The notes under the pieces are model-generated. The model was given only the letters and a program-made list of their open reading frames with translations, searched no databases and was not told the origin of the DNA. Of a stretch of 64,000 nt of DNA, positions 1 through 8,910 are shown one piece after another. Position 1 is the first letter of the stretch; each line of letters starts with the position of its first letter. This DNA is from Clostridium sp. CAG:632 (GTDB lineage: Bacteria; Bacillota; Clostridia; Lachnospirales; Lachnospiraceae): contig HF991345.1 of the NCBI GenBank assembly GCA_000431515.1, positions 4,200 to 68,199 on the forward strand, read 5' to 3'. Made by a program: the position numbers and the translations under genes.

Positions 1-1610
1 TCCTGATCGGAGAGGAACAGGCGGATCTATTCCGGCTTTATTTTGATCTGTCGATTGCAATGTATGAGAAGAAGTACAAGATTGACACGATTTCAGAGAA
101 AATACAGCTGATCGCAAAGCTGGCTGAGCGGCTGAATATTTATAATCCAAGAATGATCAGCCGGAAGCTGCGGGAGTTTCAGGAATATGATTATGCCGGA
201 AAAACTACAGACGGCAGCATGGTGGCTCAGAAGGAGCAGGATATTACCAGTGAAGACTGTCTGAATCATATTCTGGAATTTGCCGGTTATGATGACGAGA
301 CGGCAGAGCAGATTACAAAGATGGTAGATGCATATCGGGATCTGGCAGATCCGCAGTCAGCGGAGAATGAAGTGCGGACATTGCGAAAGCAGATCACAAC
401 GGTCTACTATGATATGTATGAGCGGGTATTTCTACGGGTTGTAGAAGATGAGAGTCGGTTAACGCCGGTGCTTAAGATGTTTTTGAATTTCGGATTTGTG
501 GATACCGGATTGACTGGAGAGGAATATGCCAAAGAGTTATATGATCTCTGTGCACATCTGGATATCTGCCGTTCGAAACGGATATATACGATATATGAAT
601 GGTTAAAATGCATTTACAAGGGCGAAAAAGAACCGTCCAAGAATGAGTTTGATCTGAATTTTGAAGCGTATCTGGTAGAGCAGAACAAGAACGGAAAGCT
701 GACACAGGCACAGGTGAAAGAGTATTATCAGAGTCCGGAAAGACGGGTGGCGTTTGAGATCCGGAATATGTTTGCCTCTGTCAATAAGCTGACATATGGT
801 AAGATATCGACCTTTTGCCCGTTGCTGCGCAAGGATGATCTGTTAAATTCGCTGGATCGGATGCTTGTGACAGCTGAGAAATTAGAGCGGGCATTGAATG
901 AAATCCGGAAAATTGATTATTCTGTATTTTATCAGGAGGTATCGTTCTCAGATCCGGAGAAAGGGATTAATAATGAGCGGATCATGAAAGAAATCCTTCC
1001 GGATATGATCCTGATGCCGAATGCCGGAACCAGGGTGATGATGTGGCAGGAGACCTCAGGACGGAAGAGCAGTACACCGGGGCGGTTTATGTTCCCGGTA
1101 TTCACGGCAGTAGAGCTGGATGAACTGATGCTGGAGGCAGTAGGACAGTATCGATGGGAGATGTGCCGCCGGTTAGAGGGCGTGCATTGGAATGACATCC
1201 GGGAGAAGTCTTTGACGGCAGAATATTGTACCTATCTGCAGTTTTACCGGAAGAATCATGATCTGTCTGCGGATGCCAAGGAGAAAGTGAAAAGTGCATT
1301 GACCCGGGCAAAAAATAGTTACCGGGAGGTATTTGTGAGAGATTATGTAAACTGGGTGAAGTTTGAATCCAAAGGAAGCTTCCGGTTGAATAAGGTTGTG
1401 CGGGATATCCTGGTGCGTTATTGTCCGTTTGCAAAAGAAATCCGGAATGATCTGCGCAGTAACCCGTTATATCAGGCAGCCATTACCCGGTTTGAAACAG
1501 AGACTGCGAAGAAATTGCAGCGGTTTGGGGCTTTATATAATAAATATATGAAGGCCGGTGGTGAGATCACGCCGGAGCTGAAAGAGAATCTGATTTATTA
1601 TCAGATGTAG
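1..1610 (+). CDS. Hypothetical cytoplasmic protein; 5' end lies outside the window, since the reading frame is open from base 3 to the first listed ATG at 60.
   Basis: The 516-aa ORF continues in frame upstream to the window edge with no stop. It is hydrophilic with no TM segments, and I recognise no family. Confidence 0.5.
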   Translation, partial: LIGEEQADLFRLYFDLSIAMYEKKYKIDTISEKIQLIAKLAERLNIYNPRMISRKLREFQEYDYAGKTTDGSMVAQKEQDITSEDCLNHILEFAGYDDETAEQITKMVDAYRDLADPQSAENEVRTLRKQITTVYYDMYERVFLRVVEDESRLTPVLKMFLNFGFVDTGLTGEEYAKELYDLCAHLDICRSKRIYTIYEWLKCIYKGEKEPSKNEFDLNFEAYLVEQNKNGKLTQAQVKEYYQSPERRVAFEIRNMFASVNKLTYGKISTFCPLLRKDDLLNSLDRMLVTAEKLERALNEIRKIDYSVFYQEVSFSDPEKGINNERIMKEILPDMILMPNAGTRVMMWQETSGRKSSTPGRFMFPVFTAVELDELMLEAVGQYRWEMCRRLEGVHWNDIREKSLTAEYCTYLQFYRKNHDLSADAKEKVKSALTRAKNSYREVFVRDYVNWVKFESKGSFRLNKVVRDILVRYCPFAKEIRNDLRSNPLYQAAITRFETETAKKLQRFGALYNKYMKAGGEITPELKENLIYYQM

Positions 1611-1632
1611 AAAACAAAAGGAGTGACAATAT

Positions 1633-2277
1633 ATGAGACAGGGAATTCTTTTTGATCTGGATGGAACCTTATGGGATTCCAGCAGACAGGTTGTAGAGTC
1701 CTGGAATGTAGTGCTGGAGCAGCAGCCGGATGTGAGGCGGCGGGTGACAATGAAGGACATACAAGGATTTATGGGACTTCCGATGGATGAGATCGGCAGA
1801 CGATGTTTCCGGGATGAGGGACTGTCGGAGGAACGGATTCGAGAAGTCATGAAAGCCTGTGAGGAATATGAGAACGAGTATCTGCGGCAAAAGGGCGGTG
1901 TGCTCTTTCCACATCTGGAGGATGTGTTAAAACAGCTGTCAAAGGATTATTTTCTGGCGATTGTCAGCAACTGTCAGGTGGGATATATAGAAGCATTTCT
2001 GGAATATCATCGGCTGGGAGGATATTTCTCCGATACTGAGAATTTCGGTAGAACCGGGCTGCAGAAGGGTGATAATATCCGGCTGGTCTGTGACCGGAAT
2101 CATCTGGACCGGGCTGTATATCTGGGAGATATTCAGGGAGATTATGACTCGGCATGTAAAGCAGGAATTCCGTTTATTCTGGCCGGATATGGATTTGGAC
2201 AGGTGAATGCGGAAGTGCCGGTGATCCGGAGCCTTACGGAATTACCGGAAGCCGCAGCAAAGATTTTGAATGAATAA
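1633..2277 (+). CDS. HAD-superfamily hydrolase (phosphatase subfamily IA)
   Basis: N-terminal FDLDGTLWDS motif (HAD motif I, DxDGT). C-terminal GD(I)xxD motif. Size is typical (214 aa). Confidence 0.7.
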   Translation: MRQGILFDLDGTLWDSSRQVVESWNVVLEQQPDVRRRVTMKDIQGFMGLPMDEIGRRCFRDEGLSEERIREVMKACEEYENEYLRQKGGVLFPHLEDVLKQLSKDYFLAIVSNCQVGYIEAFLEYHRLGGYFSDTENFGRTGLQKGDNIRLVCDRNHLDRAVYLGDIQGDYDSACKAGIPFILAGYGFGQVNAEVPVIRSLTELPEAAAKILNE

Positions 2278-2298
2278 AGCATATGAGGAGATGTACGA

Positions 2299-2673
2299 AT
2301 GAGCAAGAAGAAGATACCGGCACGGATGAATGTGGCGGTCAAGCCGATGCAAAGCAGTCAGGCGGAAGCACTGAAAAAAGTTGAAAAGAAAGCATTTGTT
2401 GCATGCGTTCTGGGAATCGCAGGAGCACCATTGGCATTTATCGGTCTTGGAATCATACCGGGTATCATAGCGCTGGTACTGGGTATAAAGGCGGTGCGGC
2501 CGAACGGGAAACGCCCGGCAGGTGCGATTGTCGGTATTGTGACAGGAATTATCAGCGTTATTGTCGGAATTCCGGGCTGCATTATTTTCTATGGAACCTA
2601 TATAAATCCCAATTCGGCATTTGTTCAAAGTATAGTGGATGCAGTTGTGAAGATGCTTCACTTGATTGTATAG
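2299..2673 (+). CDS. Small Gly/Ile-rich membrane protein (DUF4190-like)
   Basis: Two hydrophobic GxxxG-rich helices (GIAGAPLAFIGLGIIPGIIALVLG and IVGIVTGIISVIVGIPG), which is the DUF4190 architecture. Confidence 0.45.
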   Translation: MSKKKIPARMNVAVKPMQSSQAEALKKVEKKAFVACVLGIAGAPLAFIGLGIIPGIIALVLGIKAVRPNGKRPAGAIVGIVTGIISVIVGIPGCIIFYGTYINPNSAFVQSIVDAVVKMLHLIV

Positions 2674-2700
2674 GGTAGTGATGGCGGAGAAAGAGGCGAA

Positions 2701-3135
2701 GTGATGACAGTGTATGAGCATGAGGCACAATATTATGAGACGGATCAGATGGGAATCATCCATCATTCCAACTATCTTCGATGGTTTGAGTCCGCAAGGA
2801 TCCAGTTCCTGAAAGAGATCGGGATCGACTATCGGAAATGTGAGGAGATGGGGATCATCAGTCCGGTCATGGAAGTAACCTGTACATATAAGTCTATGGT
2901 GCGCTTTGAAGACGTAGTAGAAGTGTATACCAGATTTGAAGGGTATACCGGTGTGAAGTTCTATGTAACATATGAGGTAAGAGATAAGGCGACCGGTGAG
3001 CTCCGGACGACCGGAAGAAGTAAGCACTGCTTCACGGATAAGGAAGGACGACCAATTTCACTGAAACGGGTAAATCCGGAATTGCATGAGCGATTGCTCG
3101 CAGCGATGGAAGAACAGGACGTGCGTAATAGCTAA
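2701..3135 (+). CDS. Acyl-CoA thioesterase, hotdog fold (YbgC/4HBT family)
   Basis: N-terminal YETDQMGIIHHSNYLRWFE signature of 4HBT thioesterases. Length 144 aa. Confidence 0.7.
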   Translation: MMTVYEHEAQYYETDQMGIIHHSNYLRWFESARIQFLKEIGIDYRKCEEMGIISPVMEVTCTYKSMVRFEDVVEVYTRFEGYTGVKFYVTYEVRDKATGELRTTGRSKHCFTDKEGRPISLKRVNPELHERLLAAMEEQDVRNS

Positions 3136-3159
3136 AAACTATTACGCACGATTTTTTTT
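3121..3159 (+). terminator. Rho-independent terminator overlapping the thioesterase stop codon
   Basis: Perfect 11-bp stem gtgcgtaatag/ctattacgcac with a 7-nt loop, followed by an 8-T run. Confidence 0.7.
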
Positions 3160-3170
3160 ATGTATTACCG

Positions 3171-3195
3171 TTGAAACGGCAACCGGTGTTATACT
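3171..3195 (+). promoter_or_regulatory. Candidate extended -10 promoter for the LanC-like gene
   Basis: TTGAAA at 3171-3176, then TGtTATACT at 3187-3195. Spacing to the -35 is short (13 nt), so this relies on the extended -10. Confidence 0.35.
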
Positions 3196-3265
3196 GCAAG
3201 ACAAGTCATAAGAACAGAATATGAAATGTCAAACGGCAAATGATAATGAGAGGAGCAGGTAGCAC

Positions 3266-4675
3266 ATGGAACGAAAAACATACACAGAGCATTTATTCAG
3301 AATCGGGAAAAAGTATATGCGGGTGACACCGGAGGGACCGGAAGAGTACCGCCGGGTGGCAGAGAAGGTCTATAACAGCCTGAAGAATATAGAGTTCGAG
3401 CTGGAGGACGGTCTTTATTTCGATGCGAGCATCGGGGATCAGTATTTAAGAAATGTACGACCGCAGCTGGCGAAGTATGAGCCGGGAAAGCGGCCGGCAG
3501 AGCTACTGGATCTGAGCCTGTACGGCGGGAATGCCGGTATCGTATATTATCTCCTGAACTTATATCAGTTGACGGAAGATAAAGAAGTGCTGAAGACAGC
3601 CAAGGAGGCACTGGCACTGATCTGTAGAGATTTTCGGTCGATTTTTACCTACCAGCATATCAGTGTGCCGGATGCAAAGAACGGATTCTATTTCGGGATC
3701 GGTGGTGTGGGTTCAGTGATCATGATCGCAGATGATGTGATCGGGGATCCGTTGTATCGTAAGACGATTGAAGAGATTGTGGAGTATCTGGATCAGACGA
3801 AGGTTGAGACAGAGCAGGGAATCTACTGGGGACATCAGACCGGCCTGATCGGCGATCCGGGCGTGATCCTGTTCCTGCTGGAGGCGGCAGAGAAATATCA
3901 GCTTAAGAAGGCAAAGGAGCTGGCACTCCGTGGCGGTGATTATATTGAGACCTACCGGGAGGAGACTCCATATGGTATCAAATGTGATACGAAGCCTTTG
4001 TACGGCAGTGATTGCCCGAACTATGTCTATGGCCCGTCCGGAACCGGGTTTGTACTGACCAGACTGTATGAGGTCAGCGGAGAAGAGAAGTATCTGGCTC
4101 TGGCGAAAGAACTGGCAGAATATCTGATGAATCTTGCGGTTCAGACCGGAGACGGAAAGCTGATTCCGTATATTCTCGGTGAAGAGGAGACTATCTTCTA
4201 TGTAAATGCCTGCCACGGACCGGCAGGCACCGGACGGTTCTTCTATACACTCTACCGGGCAACCGGCGAGGCCGTATACCATGACTTTTCAATCGAGCTT
4301 TGCAAGGGCGTACTTGCGACCGGAGCTCCGACAGTACAGGGTAAGACACTGTGGAATAATGTAACCTACTGCTGCGGTGCTGCGGGATTGCTACACTATT
4401 TTATCTCATTATATATAACAGAGCAGGATGCGCAGTATCTGGAACTCGCTAAGACCTGTGGTGAAATCATTCTCGGCGAGAAGGAAGAGGATGAGCAGGA
4501 AGTGTTTTGGCCGACAGCATTCGCACGGATCGATCCGCAGACCGTAGATGTGAAATACAGCTTTTACGATGGCAGTACGGGAATCGCAACCAGCCTGATA
4601 GAGCTTTACCTTCTGCTGACCGGGCATTATCGGATTCACAGACTGGCAGATGATCCGTTCCCGGAAAGCCGATAG
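3266..4675 (+). CDS. LanC-like (lanthionine synthetase C family) protein, standalone
   Basis: SLYGGNAGIVYYLL, the NACHGPAGTG CHG motif and TYCCGAAGLL are characteristic LanC alpha/alpha-barrel and Zn-ligand motifs. RBS GAGGAG lies upstream. Confidence 0.7.
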   Translation: MERKTYTEHLFRIGKKYMRVTPEGPEEYRRVAEKVYNSLKNIEFELEDGLYFDASIGDQYLRNVRPQLAKYEPGKRPAELLDLSLYGGNAGIVYYLLNLYQLTEDKEVLKTAKEALALICRDFRSIFTYQHISVPDAKNGFYFGIGGVGSVIMIADDVIGDPLYRKTIEEIVEYLDQTKVETEQGIYWGHQTGLIGDPGVILFLLEAAEKYQLKKAKELALRGGDYIETYREETPYGIKCDTKPLYGSDCPNYVYGPSGTGFVLTRLYEVSGEEKYLALAKELAEYLMNLAVQTGDGKLIPYILGEEETIFYVNACHGPAGTGRFFYTLYRATGEAVYHDFSIELCKGVLATGAPTVQGKTLWNNVTYCCGAAGLLHYFISLYITEQDAQYLELAKTCGEIILGEKEEDEQEVFWPTAFARIDPQTVDVKYSFYDGSTGIATSLIELYLLLTGHYRIHRLADDPFPESR

Positions 4676-4740
4676 TTCTTCCGGGGAGAAGACAGTGTTT
4701 CCGGGGAGAAGGTAGTGTTTCCGGGGAGCCGGGAGGAATT
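4657..4740 (+). repeat. Three to four tandem about 20-bp direct repeats (TTCCGGGGAGAAGrYAGTGT) starting at the LanC-like stop codon
   Basis: Copies at 4679-4698 and 4699-4718. A partial copy at 4719-4738. A degenerate copy at 4657-4675. Confidence 0.6.
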
Positions 4741-4811
4741 GAAAATCGGAATGAGATTGGCTATAGCCGGGGCCTATACCCGGCAACACTTAAAACGTAT
4801 AGCCTATGGAA

Positions 4812-4840
4812 TTGACAAAATGGGTAAGTTGGATTATGAT
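4812..4840 (+). promoter_or_regulatory. Sigma-A-type promoter for the dehydrogenase/aminotransferase/ABC operon
   Basis: TTGACA at 4812-4817, a 17-nt spacer, then TATGAT at 4835-4840. Confidence 0.5.
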
Positions 4841-4993
4841 ACTGCACATAAAACATACAATTCCTATTAAAATAATATGAATAATATGAAACGACACAAA
4901 CGGCAAATAACATACTGCCGGATAGTGACAGGAAAGAACAGAAAGAAAACATATACGAAAGAGTACAGGATCAGAGGAAGGGTGGAATACAGA

Positions 4994-6079
4994 ATGGTTT
5001 CAATCAATACACCGGAAATATATATCAACGAACCGGGAGCGATTCATAAGGTGGCAGATTATACAGAACTGGCAATTGGCGAAGGAAGAAAGAAAGCCTA
5101 CATCATCTGGTCAAAGACACCGAGGTCTCTTGTAAAGGAAGCTCTGGATGAAGACTTTGGACAGAAGGGAATTGCTTATGAGGAACAGCTTTTTGAAGGA
5201 TTCCCAACGGACGCAAAGGCACGCAGCTACGCGGAAGAGGCGAAGGCAGCCGATGCCGAAGTGATCCTGGGTGTCGGCGGCGGCCGAGTGATGGATGTGA
5301 CAAAGGCAGCCGGTACCTATTCCGGACTTCCGGTGATCACAGTGCCGACGATCGCAGCCACCTGTGCTGCATGGGCAGCCGTATCCATCATTTATACCGA
5401 TCAGGGTGATTTTGATAAGTTCCTGTTTAATCCGAAGTCAGCGAAATACATTGTAGCTGATACCGACATCATCGCAAAGGCTCCGGTCCGGTACTTAAAA
5501 GCCGGTATCGTAGATACATTTGCAAAATGGTATGAGCCGGTTTACAGAGAGACACCATCCTTTACCATGCAGATATCGACCCATACTGCAAAGCTTGCCT
5601 TTGACTTTCTCAGGACAAAAGGCCCACAGGTAGTAGAGCAGGCAGAAGCCGGTATCGTAAACGATGACACGATCGCAGCGGTGGATGCCATCATCTACCT
5701 GGCAGGAAATATCGGAAGCTTTGTCGGAAAGGAAGCATTCTCCGGACTGGCACATCCGTTTTATCATTCTTCCCGGAGATACCATTCCACCTATATCCGG
5801 CTGCATGGAGAAATCGTAGCGTTTGCACTGGTGGTACAGGGAATTTACGAGGAACGCTCAAGGGAAGAAATCGCAGAGCGGATCCGGATCCTCCGGAAAT
5901 TCGATAATACCTATACACTCGAAGAGCTGGGACTTTCGGAAGAGGAACAGCTGATTACGATCGCAGAGCGAATGCAGTCCGAGTTTGAAGGGAAACAGGT
6001 AACAGACGAAGAGACTGCAAAGCTGGTCGCAGCCATGGAGGAGACCGATCGGCGGATAAAGGAGATGCGTGAGGCATGA
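4994..6079 (+). CDS. Iron-containing alcohol dehydrogenase family, glycerol dehydrogenase (GldA)-like
   Basis: LGVGGGRVMDVTKAAG (GGGK-type NAD loop), TVPTIAATCAAWAAVSIIYTDQGDFD and the HP...H metal ligands match GldA-type enzymes. I prefer a start at 4994 with RBS AGGAAGGGTGG. The listed ORF start at 4877 would add a basic extension with no RBS. Confidence 0.7.
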   Translation: MVSINTPEIYINEPGAIHKVADYTELAIGEGRKKAYIIWSKTPRSLVKEALDEDFGQKGIAYEEQLFEGFPTDAKARSYAEEAKAADAEVILGVGGGRVMDVTKAAGTYSGLPVITVPTIAATCAAWAAVSIIYTDQGDFDKFLFNPKSAKYIVADTDIIAKAPVRYLKAGIVDTFAKWYEPVYRETPSFTMQISTHTAKLAFDFLRTKGPQVVEQAEAGIVNDDTIAAVDAIIYLAGNIGSFVGKEAFSGLAHPFYHSSRRYHSTYIRLHGEIVAFALVVQGIYEERSREEIAERIRILRKFDNTYTLEELGLSEEEQLITIAERMQSEFEGKQVTDEETAKLVAAMEETDRRIKEMREA

Positions 6080-7185
6080 GTGTTAAAGAAAAAGAAGCAT
6101 TAAAGGAAATTACATTATATAAAGCAGCGGCAACGATTGAATCGGTAGTGAAGCAGTACGGATATTCACCGGAAGAAATCATTAAGCTGGAAGGAAATGA
6201 GAACCGGATGGGCTGTTCCCCGAAGGTGGCAGAAGCGGTTGCAAAGGAAGCACAGAGCTTCTCGTTCTATCCGGATCTGAATGTGACGCAGCTGAGAAAG
6301 AAGCTGGCAGACCGGCTGAAGATCGCAGGGGACAACCTGATCTTTGGAAACGGATCCTTTGAACTGTTGTCGATCATCGGCGACAGTTATATCGAGGAAG
6401 GCGAGGAGGCGATCATTCCGGTTCCGTCCTTTAACTGGTACACCAATGTAACACTGATCAATGGCGGAAAGCCAGTATATGTCAATGTGGAAGAGGATTT
6501 TACAATCCATCCGGATAAGATTCTGAATGCGATTACGGAACGGACCAAGGTGATCTTCCTCTGTAATCCGAACAATCCAACCGGACTACTGATGAAGAAG
6601 GAGCATCTGGAACGGCTGATCCAGGAAATTCCGGAGCGGATCTTATTTGTCATAGATGAAGCATATCTGGACTTCGCAGAAGGGGATTATCCGGATACGG
6701 CAGCACTTGCAACGCAGAAGGAGAACCTGATTTTACTACGGACCTTTTCGAAGAGCTATGGACTGGCAGGCTTACGAATCGGATACGGAATCGCAACTCC
6801 GGCAGTGATAGATACCCTGTCTAAGGTCAGGATTCCATTAAATGTCAGCTCTGTCGCACAGGCGGCTGCCGTTGCGGCAGTAGAGGATGATACGTACTTA
6901 AATCAGGTACTGGAGAACAACCGCCGGAGTATGGAGCTATATTATGAGGCATTCCGGGAGCTGGGATTTGATTATCTGGAAAGCAGTACGAATTTCGTAT
7001 TCGTGCATACCGGGATAGATGCCGCATGGCTGCAGCAGGAGTTCCTGAAGCATGCGATTATGATCCGGAGCGGTCTGGACTATGGATATCGGGAGTGGAT
7101 CCGGATTTCCATGGGAACCTACGAGGAGAATCAGAAGGTCGTTCAGGTCTTGAAAGAAATCGTGAAGAAGGCAAAGGAGAAGTAG
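6076..7185 (+). CDS. Class I/II PLP aminotransferase, histidinol-phosphate aminotransferase (HisC) family
   Basis: LLRTFSKSYGLAGLRIGYGIA carries the Schiff-base lysine motif of the HisC/CobD family. ATGA start/stop overlap with the upstream dehydrogenase indicates translational coupling. Confidence 0.7.
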   Translation: MSVKEKEALKEITLYKAAATIESVVKQYGYSPEEIIKLEGNENRMGCSPKVAEAVAKEAQSFSFYPDLNVTQLRKKLADRLKIAGDNLIFGNGSFELLSIIGDSYIEEGEEAIIPVPSFNWYTNVTLINGGKPVYVNVEEDFTIHPDKILNAITERTKVIFLCNPNNPTGLLMKKEHLERLIQEIPERILFVIDEAYLDFAEGDYPDTAALATQKENLILLRTFSKSYGLAGLRIGYGIATPAVIDTLSKVRIPLNVSSVAQAAAVAAVEDDTYLNQVLENNRRSMELYYEAFRELGFDYLESSTNFVFVHTGIDAAWLQQEFLKHAIMIRSGLDYGYREWIRISMGTYEENQKVVQVLKEIVKKAKEK

Positions 7186-7186
7186 G

Positions 7187-7960
7187 ATGGCAGAAGAAAA
7201 GATATGTATGTTAAAGGCAGAAGATATTAAGAAGTCCTTTGGCAGCAACCATATTCTAAAGGGCGTGAATCTGGAGGTTGACAAGGGCGACGTCGTCGTG
7301 ATCCTGGGACCGAGCGGAGCAGGTAAAACGACCTTCCTGCGATGTTTGAACTTTCTGGAAAAACCTAATTCCGGCAAGATCACGATAGATGACCTGACCG
7401 TGGATGCACATAACGTAAACAAGAAGGACATCGTAAAGCTTCGCAGAAAAACAGCGATGGTATTTCAGCAATATAACCTGTTTAAGAACAAGACGGCACT
7501 GCAGAATGTGACGGAGGGTCTGATTCAGGTACAGAAGAAACCGAAGGCTGAGGCAGAGAAGATCGCAAAAGAATATCTGGACCGGGTAGGTCTATCAAAG
7601 AAATGTGATGCATATCCGGCGAATCTTTCCGGCGGACAGCAGCAGAGAGTCGGAATTGCCAGGGCACTGGCATTACGACCGGACGTAATCTTATTTGATG
7701 AGCCGACATCCGCACTGGACCCGGAGCTGGTAGGAGAAGTCCTTTCGGTTATGCGAGCAATCGCCAAAGAAGGAATCACTATGGTGGTCGTTACACATGA
7801 AATACAGTTCGCAATGGATATCGCAACGAAGGTAGTTGTCATGGATGAAGGAAAAGTCATAGAGCAGGGCAGTGCAAAGGATATCTTCCGGAATGCAAAG
7901 GAAGATCGGACACGTCAGTTTTTACAAAAGATAATTCCTGAATATTCATATATTATTTGA
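7187..7960 (+). CDS. Polar amino-acid ABC transporter ATP-binding protein (GlnQ/HisP-like)
   Basis: Walker A GPSGAGKTT, signature LSGGQQQRV and Walker B ILFDEPTSALD. Confidence 0.85.
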   Translation: MAEEKICMLKAEDIKKSFGSNHILKGVNLEVDKGDVVVILGPSGAGKTTFLRCLNFLEKPNSGKITIDDLTVDAHNVNKKDIVKLRRKTAMVFQQYNLFKNKTALQNVTEGLIQVQKKPKAEAEKIAKEYLDRVGLSKKCDAYPANLSGGQQQRVGIARALALRPDVILFDEPTSALDPELVGEVLSVMRAIAKEGITMVVVTHEIQFAMDIATKVVVMDEGKVIEQGSAKDIFRNAKEDRTRQFLQKIIPEYSYII

Positions 7961-7991
7961 ATTTTTTAATTGAGAAAAGGAGAAAAGAAAC

Positions 7992-8879
7992 ATGAGAAGA
8001 GAAGCAGGTAAATTTATTAAGAGATTAGGAGCAATATCATTAGCAGGTATTTTAGGAGTATCTGTTCTGGCCGGCTGCGGTGCAAAAGCAGATACAAATG
8101 GCGGTTCAGATAGTGCAAATGGAGTAAAGAAGGTGGTAGTCGGTACTACAGGATTATATGCACTGCAGTCCTTCATTAATGATGACGGTGAGCTGGACGG
8201 CGCTGAGATCGCAGTCTGCAAGGCAATCGATGAGAAGCTGCCGCAGTATGAGTTTGAATACAGCACGATGGAATTCGCAGCGATCCTGCCGGCCGTAGAT
8301 GCGGGCAAGGTGCAGATTGCATGCTCTAACTTAAGAAGAACCGAAGACAGAGAGGCTAATTACATTCATTCCAAGGAAGCATATATCACATCACCATATT
8401 ATATTATCGTGTTAGACGGTAACTCAGATATTAACGGAATTGACGACCTGAATGGTAAGAAGCTGGGTATTAACGAAGGCTCTACACAGGCAGGTATTTT
8501 AGAGCAGTATATTGAGAAGTCAGGAGCAGACATTGAGCTGGTTTACTCCTCTGACCCGGTACCGGATCTGGTAGCAGGCAGAATTGATGCGATCGTTGAC
8601 CCGCAGAGATATGTGCTGAGTCTGAATTCCAGCTACGAGGATGCACAGTTTAAGACGGTCGGTGAGCCGATCGATAACCTGGCAGAGGAAGGCAGTGTAG
8701 TCGCAGATTACAATGCATATCTGTGGTTCTCATCGGAAGACACCGAGCTGCGTGATGCTGTAGATACCGCACTGGCTGAGCTGTATGCAGACGGTACATT
8801 AGGAGAGATCTCTAAGGAATACTATGGTGAAGATTATGCCAAAGATATCAACAGAGATTACGTAGAGAGCTTTAAATAA
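7992..8879 (+). CDS. Amino-acid ABC transporter substrate-binding lipoprotein
   Basis: Signal peptide with lipobox LAGCGA. Type-3 periplasmic binding-protein fold features. Confidence 0.7.
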   Translation: MRREAGKFIKRLGAISLAGILGVSVLAGCGAKADTNGGSDSANGVKKVVVGTTGLYALQSFINDDGELDGAEIAVCKAIDEKLPQYEFEYSTMEFAAILPAVDAGKVQIACSNLRRTEDREANYIHSKEAYITSPYYIIVLDGNSDINGIDDLNGKKLGINEGSTQAGILEQYIEKSGADIELVYSSDPVPDLVAGRIDAIVDPQRYVLSLNSSYEDAQFKTVGEPIDNLAEEGSVVADYNAYLWFSSEDTELRDAVDTALAELYADGTLGEISKEYYGEDYAKDINRDYVESFK

Positions 8880-8910
8880 AAGATAAAAGAGACACTTAGA
8901 AGGACACGTT

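Noticed and set aside
4679-4738. Tandem repeats considered as a CRISPR array
   Set aside because: There are only about 3 contiguous 20-bp units with no spacers and no cas genes.
4676-4867. In-frame 63-codon extension past the LanC-like TAG stop, and an internal 39-aa ORF from ATG 4751
   Set aside because: It has no Cys, so it is not a lanthipeptide core. It has a poor RBS and spans the repeat array and the TTGACA promoter. It is more likely non-coding.
4761-4952. 63-aa Cys/Ser-rich minus-strand small ORF next to the LanC-like gene, considered as a lanthipeptide precursor
   Set aside because: It overlaps the promoter and leader of the downstream operon on the opposite strand. It has no RBS and no leader/core organisation or conserved leader motif. 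It looks like a random translation of AT-rich DNA.
4877-4993. Lys/Arg-rich 39-aa N-terminal extension of the GldA-like ORF (the ORF-track start)
   Set aside because: There is no Shine-Dalgarno sequence before 4877, whereas AGGAAGGGTGG precedes the ATG at 4994. Homologues begin near the shorter start.
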